Origin: Octopus sinensis | Lineage: Eukaryota | DNA length: 64,000 nucleotides | Reading direction: 5' to 3' | Assembly (NCBI RefSeq): GCF_006345805.1 | Contig: NC_042998.1 | Coordinates: 13,826,001 to 13,890,000, forward strand | Shown: positions 57,023 to 64,000 of the stretch, in pieces | Layout of the letters: each line of letters begins with the position of its first letter | Position numbering within the stretch: the first letter of the stretch is position 1 | The notes under the pieces: model-generated | Databases searched by the model: none | Told to the model about the DNA's origin: nothing | What the model saw: the letters and a program-made list of their open reading frames with translations, nothing else | Made by a program: the position numbers and the translations under genes

Positions 57023-58005
57023 TCTTCATCATCATCATTATCATTACTTATCCCCATTCTGTTAACTTTATACTGTTAGGGAAAATTACTTCATTGTAAA
57101 GAAAAATCTAATATGAATTCCAAGTTCAGTATTTGTATACATTTTTGTTGTTGTTGTTTAAGTACTTTTTTTTTGTTAATTGCTGCTATTTTTTTTTTTT
57201 TTTGGCTTATCTCCAGATCTTTCCTTTAATCAGCAGGAACTAATTGTTAATTCTGATGTTTTATTTTTCTCTCTTTTTAAGCAATTTTTGATGTTCGTCA
57301 TTTTTATGTGTTATATGTTTTCAAATTATTATTATTGTATTTTGAGGCGTTTTTCTTTTGTTTTTTTATTTCACTCACTTTCGTTTGATCATCTTTTGCT
57401 GTTTTATTGCTACATCCAATTGAATACGTTCTTTGAAATACAAATCCGCTCTCTCTCTGAAGGAGTAAATAAAAAAAAGAATAGGGTATATGTTTAGACT
57501 GGGGCTTTATCCCCTAAAGGAGATTTTAATTTGGAATCACAAACTCTGCGTCCGCTTTGATCTCTACATATTAATTGTGGCCTACATTTATGTATTCGTG
57601 TGCGTATGCATGTATGTACATGGATATATACATGCTAACGAACATGAGTGTGTGTGTGTATTGAAATTTATATGAAGATATCATTATTATTATTTATAAT
57701 AATATCAGTGGGTTAGCACATATGCATATATGTGTGTAAACATGTGTCTTAATATAAAGGTAGCTGGCAGAATATTTCAAACACTGGGCCAAATTTTTTA
57801 CGGCATTTCGTTCCTATGTATGTTCTGATTGCTGCAGAGGTCAACTTTACCTTTCATCCTCCAGGGGATGATGAAATATATGCCAGTTGAATACTAGTGT
57901 CGAAGTAGTTGACTGACCCCTTCTCGAAACTCATGGCCTTGTGCCAATATTTGACTCGATTATATATGTGTATACATGAATGCAGGCATATATACATATA
58001 TATGC

Positions 58006-58042
<37 letters not shown>

Positions 58043-58612
58043 CATACATATAAATTGACAGAATGAGATTTAAAAAACCAAGGCAGTAAATAGGTTTCAT
58101 AACATTTATCAGGAAAATGATTTACAGCACATTCCAGGATATTCTATGAATACCTTCATCAGAGACGGTGTGAGAAATTGTTTTGTATTAATTATGGTAG
58201 AGAAGATATGAAATACAGAAGGAAGTAAAGGAATTAATATAGAAGTGAGATACATAGGTATATTTCATTTGCAGTTCCATTATTCAACCAGAATGCTGTA
58301 TAAAAGCGGTGAATTTTTTTGTGAAGAAATTTTCTTGTACCTGGTGTATGAGTTCCAGTGGTAGTTATATTTGGTCATTCCCAGCATAGAGCCTTGTAAT
58401 CATTGTTAGTCGATCGAGAGAATTTTTTTGTGTGAACTAAAATGTGTTGGTAGTGTTAACGGATAGATAGAGGGAGGAGAGATGTGTATGATTAGAAAGA
58501 GGAGATGGGTCAAATCAAAAACAAGAAGAGAGAATATGTGGAAAAAGAGAAGAAACAAGGGGTGAGGAGATAAAAAAGAAATGAAGATAGAGGGGACGAA
58601 ATGAGAATAGGT

Positions 58613-58757
58613 GAATTAGCTAGTGGCATGAATAAAGTGATAGGAGGAAGGGAGGGTGAAGGGGTGTTAGCTAGTGGTCAGAATAAATTGCTAGGAGGAA
58701 GGGAGGGTGAGGGTGTGTTAGCTAGTGGTCAGAATAAAGTGCTAGGAGGAAGGGAGA
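58613..58757. repeat. 51 bp minisatellite, about three copies
   Basis: ttagctagtggtcagaataaagtgctaggaggaagggagggtga recurs with a 51 bp period. Confidence 0.9.
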
Positions 58758-59064
58758 GGTTTGGGGGAGAGAGAGGGGAAAAGATGAGAGAGCAAGGAAT
58801 AAAAGAGTGTGAGACATGTGAGTAAGGGTGGTGTTATAGTGCTGTTATAAGGGGTGAGTACAGAAAATGTAGAGAGGAGGTAAGCGCGGGGTGATATGTA
58901 AATGAGTATTTGTTTATGATAGTAAACAATGAGGTGGAATGAAGAATATAAGCGAGTGAAGTTGCTATAGACATGTGTGGTAGGATAGTAGGGAAAAAAA
59001 GAAGGAATGTATATGTGTGACATGTATACGCACACACGTACCCACACATGGATATATACATATA

Positions 59065-59210
59065 TATTTCTTTACTACCCACAAGGGGTTAAACGCAGAG
59101 GGGACAAACAAAGACAGACAAACGGATTAAGTCGATTACATCGACTCCAGTGCGTAACTGGTACTTAATTTATCGACCCCGAAAGGATGAGAGGCAAAGT
59201 CGATCTCGGC
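59065..59210 (-). mobile_element. SINE of the 11221 family, 3' half
   Basis: Matches the 3' part of 11221-11455. Confidence 0.88.
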
Positions 59211-59705
59211 ATACTTCAAAACAGAAACATATACGTACATATACGTCCTTCAAAACAGACACAAATACAAACTCATGTATGTTCATGCGCACTCACACAT
59301 ATGCACACTCATACGTATCCATTTTTGTATATATATAAATGCTTGTATATATAAAAATGGATGCATATAAGCACGCACGCGTATAATCATATGTATATAT
59401 ACACACAAGCACACACAGAGGCACGTATGTCGACATATATATATCTACATTCACCTTCATACAAATTCATACTTATATAAAATATCTATATACATACTCA
59501 TACATACTCACATATACCCGTATGCAAGATTATATATGTATAGACACACACGCGCACACGCACATATATATATATTTTTATTTTTCATTCCCTTTGAAAT
59601 TACTCTCATTCGTGGTTTGGGCTTTAACTGCTCTTACCAGCAGGTAAGACGTCCTGTTAAAGGTCAGTACTTTTGTGTATAAAAACGTCGACTAATTTAT
59701 ATATA

Positions 59706-59753
<48 letters not shown>

Positions 59754-59758
<5 letters not shown>

Positions 59759-59926
59759 CCTACATCACGAGAGGAGACACAGATGCAGGCAGCAGCATCG
59801 AACTCCCTTGTTGATCAAGTGCCACGTATCAGAGGTGGATTCACAAATTAGTGCAGCTCATTCAGCGGTGGTGCCCCAGCATGGCCGCGGCCTTCGGGCT
59901 AAAACATTTTAAAGGATTTAAGGATT
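59754..59926 (+). mobile_element. 3' terminal fragment of a related CR1-group LINE
   Basis: EPTSREETQMQAAASNSLVDQ vs DEPTSRQEGQMRAAASNSLMHQ at the end of the 29898 ORF; then GGTGCCCCAGCATGGCC motif and a short tail. Confidence 0.88.
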
Positions 59927-59934
59927 GTCATCCA

Positions 59935-60192
59935 AAGGAGGAAAAAGAACAATACGCTGCTGAACTGGGACAAATTGAATTAATCCACTTCAGAATGAGG
60001 ATAATCTGAAAACCCCATATTCGTTTCCTTCAGGTGAAACTCTCATAGTGTCCAACAACGTCAGGGTCTTGGGAGTGATTCTGGACAACAACATAAGCTG
60101 GATTTCGATAAACTTCGCCAGGTGGTGCTAGTAATTTAAAAATGGCCTGGGCCGATACTAGCCGAGACCTATGAAATTATCAAAGTATACGT
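59935..60192 (+). mobile_element. Internally deleted CR1-group fragment: post-RT segment joined to a 3' end
   Basis: KNNTLLNWDK(fs)ELIHF..SNNVRVLGVILDNNISW, then ggtgctagta..atggcctgggcc resembling the 3' end of 35484. Confidence 0.7.
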
Positions 60193-60199
60193 GTATATA

Positions 60200-60258
<59 letters not shown>

Positions 60259-60260
<2 letters not shown>

Positions 60261-60442
60261 GCCATGATAGATCGTTAGCCACTACACACATTTTTCTTTC
60301 CTTGTTTTCTGTGTCCCTTTCTGTAGAAGAGCGTAGGCTCGAAACGTAAAAGACTTTTTCTATTCTTGAGCGTTATACTAATACATGTTTGTTTTGTACA
60401 CCACCTGTCCTCGTCTTTTGTTTTGTTTTTTCTGTAAACTCT

Positions 60443-60445
<3 letters not shown>
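60259..60445 (+). mobile_element. Penelope-like terminal fragment with a variant minimal hammerhead at 60317-60352
   Basis: CTTT-CTGTAGA-A-GAGC-GTAG-GCTC-GAAAC-GTA-AAAG; (TA)n on both sides. Confidence 0.65.
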
Positions 60446-60483
<38 letters not shown>

Positions 60484-60547
60484 GTATACTTTGATAATTT
60501 CTATGGTTTCGGGTAGTACTGGCCCAGGCCATTTCTCTCTCTCTCTC

Positions 60548-60603
<56 letters not shown>

Positions 60604-60607
<4 letters not shown>

Positions 60608-60774
60608 CGACGAGTTTCTTTAGTTAGAGTCTTTCTACCAAATCCACTTGCAAGGCTTTAGTCACCCCTAGGCTATAGTAGAAGACAATTGCCCAAGGTG
60701 CTATGCAGTGGGACTGAACACCGAACCATGTGGTTGGGAAGCAAACTTCTTACCACACAGCCACGCCTGCGCCT
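60604..60774 (-). mobile_element. CORE-type SINE, 5' half
   Basis: Matches the head and CORE of 10356-10771; stops at the internal (TA)n. Confidence 0.88.
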
Positions 60775-62725
60775 ATATATACATATATATGAACGTTTTA
60801 TTCCGAAAAGAGTTTATGCAAATAAATACAATAACAATGAAACTGAGAATGGTATCTGTTGAAGCTGAAAATTGTATTGATATTTAGTAATATATGTTTT
60901 ATTCTGAGCACCTATTTGGAAAATATTGGTATTCAACTGTACAACAACACAATTTGGGTAAGGATGCAACATCTTTGAAGTAGTAAATTTTAAGTAAGCA
61001 TTTATTTCTGTGCAAATAGTTTTCAGGGAAATTTAGCTACCCAATTCACCTCTGAATTATGAAAAACGCAAATTAATGTCATTTAAATTATGCTATGACA
61101 CTACGTTACAAATAAATGTATCGATGAAATGCTTGCGTGAATGAATAACATCTGAAATACAGATCATCCAGGAATACAAAAAGAGGAGAATATGATGGAA
61201 TCTTGTAAGGTTCATTGATTACCTGGGACGTCAGAATGACGAAGATCCGTCGATTTATCTACAATTAAGAATTATTAAGGAAATATGTGACTTAATGCAT
61301 CATATTTCTCTCGGCAAACGATTATTAAATGTTATCGTGGAAATGTAAATAAACAAGAATTTATAGATACGATGTGTGGAGAAGAAAGGAAGCCACCCCT
61401 AAATTTAACTATTGTCACTATATCAAAGTACACAACCTATAATACCTACGCCCCAAATTTTACTTCATGCCTGTATCCAAATAAAAAACATATTTTAAAC
61501 TTTCTTCCTTGAACCAGTATCAGTGGTTTCCGAAGGGCGAACGTGCTGAGGATCTTTTGTTTCGCTGCATCTGTGAAAATTTTATTGTGTAATGAGAATT
61601 TTAAAATTTACTGTATTGATGTAATTTCACGCTGAATTTCTGGGGCTAATTCACTTCTACCATAAAAAATATTTAGTAAAAGTTTCAGAGATTTCCTTTT
61701 TGATAATTTTCACCCAGGCAGAAAACAGGATTTGGCAGCTTCCGTTTTGTGTGTTACAATACGTGCTGTCAACTGTAAACAAATACAATATTGGCGGAGT
61801 TCAGCTTTACGCACGCCATATAATCCGGTATAACTTTTATATTTCTTGGAATTTTCAAAAACTTTTGTCGGATTTCTGTTTTCGACACGAGAATCCATAT
61901 GATTATGCGAAATAAATAAATAAATAAATTCGTGCATGTTCACGTGATCACGTTTGACCACTTGACATGATCACCTCATACCGCATGTGCTTTAAGCATT
62001 TAATAAGCAACAAAAGGAACACGCAGTAAGCAGCTGGAATTGTTTCAATGGAAACAGGCACCTGTATGTCTGTGAGTTTTGATTGGCTAAAATTGCAAAT
62101 TTTAAAAGCTATTAACTCTCGTTTTCTTTTTTTCTTCTTTCTTTTTTCTTTTAGGGCGAAAACGAGTTTCGTGTCAATGATTTCTTTACAAAATTAGACC
62201 AATACACCAAATATGAAATCAATCGGAACAAAAATTGAAGAAATTGAAAACTGGCAGTCAAAGAGAAAAGGTTCCTTGTTGAAAGTATGGTTGACTCTTC
62301 TCACTCAGAATTCCAAGCTTGAATGTGAGCTAAATATTTCTTCTTATAAATTTGGGTTACAAAAACCTCTGCTAGTGACGTACACGTAATTACGAACACT
62401 ATAAGACTCAAAAGGTGAGAATACACGTATGGAAATAACGGCTTAAATGTTAAGCAAAGCATTTAGTGCAGTTTTCTTCCCTTGAGAGTTATTTTTAGCA
62501 TTTGCATGTGAATTTCTGCTTATACATTTGTTGTATATGGTCTTTGTTATCATCGTATCCACCACCTAAAAGGGCAACAACAAAATTCAGTGATATTATT
62601 CTGCCATCATACAATAGGATAATTTGTTAGGTATTCGACATGGATAATTAATTAATCGAGCGTTCATGAATATTAAATTCGCACAAGACATTAAGCTGAG
62701 TAAATAGCTATAACACACAAACACA

Positions 62726-62775
<50 letters not shown>

Positions 62776-62928
62776 AACAAACACAGGCATTTGATGTGTA
62801 AATATACATCCTAGTATGCACAAAAATACATTAAAAAGTACACGTATGTACTTATACACACATACATACACACATATGTACATGCATATGTATATATATA
62901 TATAAATATACATAGGTGAATGTATGTT

Positions 62929-62994
<66 letters not shown>

Positions 62995-64000
62995 TATGTA
63001 TATGCATGCATATATATATGGATATATATATACATATACATATATATATATATATGCATATATATCTTCGTGCTTATATGCGTATAATCATACATACATG
63101 GTTATATATACATATACGCACACATTTATATATGCATTAGATATATATATATATGCAATATATATATATGTATATGCATTTATCCTTACATGTCTGTGTA
63201 TGTGTGTTTTTATATGTATGTATATCTATATATAGTAGCAGTACTCGCAACGATAAGTTTTTGCTTTATTAGGTCGTATGACTTAGTAAATATCGATACG
63301 TAGATTATTTCAATATTATATGGATTACTTTCGACAGTAAAATAGTTAAATGGATATAACAGCATACAAGGTATCACCGACTCTTTTATCTTTCCAAACA
63401 CTGAGCATGACGAAAACGAATCCTTTCCTTCAAGTATGCTACTCCATATAAAAAGAAAGAAAATCAAAGAGAGAAATCCGTCAATATTCTATTGAAACTT
63501 AATGTAAATTTTACGTAACCTGGACATGCTCAATGGTTCAGAAAGAATCCGATCAAATGACTGCGTTTTAGCTAAACACGATGATTTTCTTTTTATTTGT
63601 TCTTCCTGTGCATTTTATGCTTTTGTTCTTGTGTTTTTACTTGTAAGAAATTGATCCTTTGTATTTTAATTGCATTGCACCTCGTTGTTTGAAATAAAAT
63701 TAATGCTGAATGTTATTTTTGCTCTTCAAAAATTTAGGTTCAAACCAGTATTGTCTTCATTAATATTACAGAATTGTAATTCATTAGATCGCTAGTGGTA
63801 GCAATCTCTCTTATACGATGTGGAGGAAAGGGAGTATAACAATCAAGCCTGCACTCTCTTTACCTCTTCTACATTCCATATATTAATTTACTTCATCTCA
63901 TGCACCTTCTAGAATAGAACAATTTAAGAATTTTTAAAATTTAGCGAGATATTACAGCGATGGTGAGAGTACTTGGTTAAATATAAATTTCAAATCTCTT

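Noticed and set aside
58601-58825. ORF with 17 aa repeats
   Set aside because: Explained by the 51 bp minisatellite in purine-rich sequence

Overview
AT-rich eukaryotic DNA packed with microsatellites. The SINE repertoire suggests a coleoid cephalopod, most likely Octopus (inference from recall, not a database search). I can support no host protein-coding exon, and almost all ORF-track entries are translated microsatellites. The window is a retroelement landscape: two CR1-group LINEs plus fragments, an L1/Tx1 ORF2 fragment, four 5'-truncated Dong/R4 copies from three families all sitting in (TAA)n, two tRNA-derived SINE families, and several fold-back elements. The most notable signal is at least seven unrelated hammerhead-ribozyme-like motifs read by eye. 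Most are the minimal type I Penelope/retrozyme form. They include intact cores in a near-perfect 385-bp palindrome (34648-35032) and at 20095-20153. Also notable are a tandem train of three Dong families in one TAA array and two LINE-SINE 3'-tail matches visible within the window. All folds and alignments were done manually.
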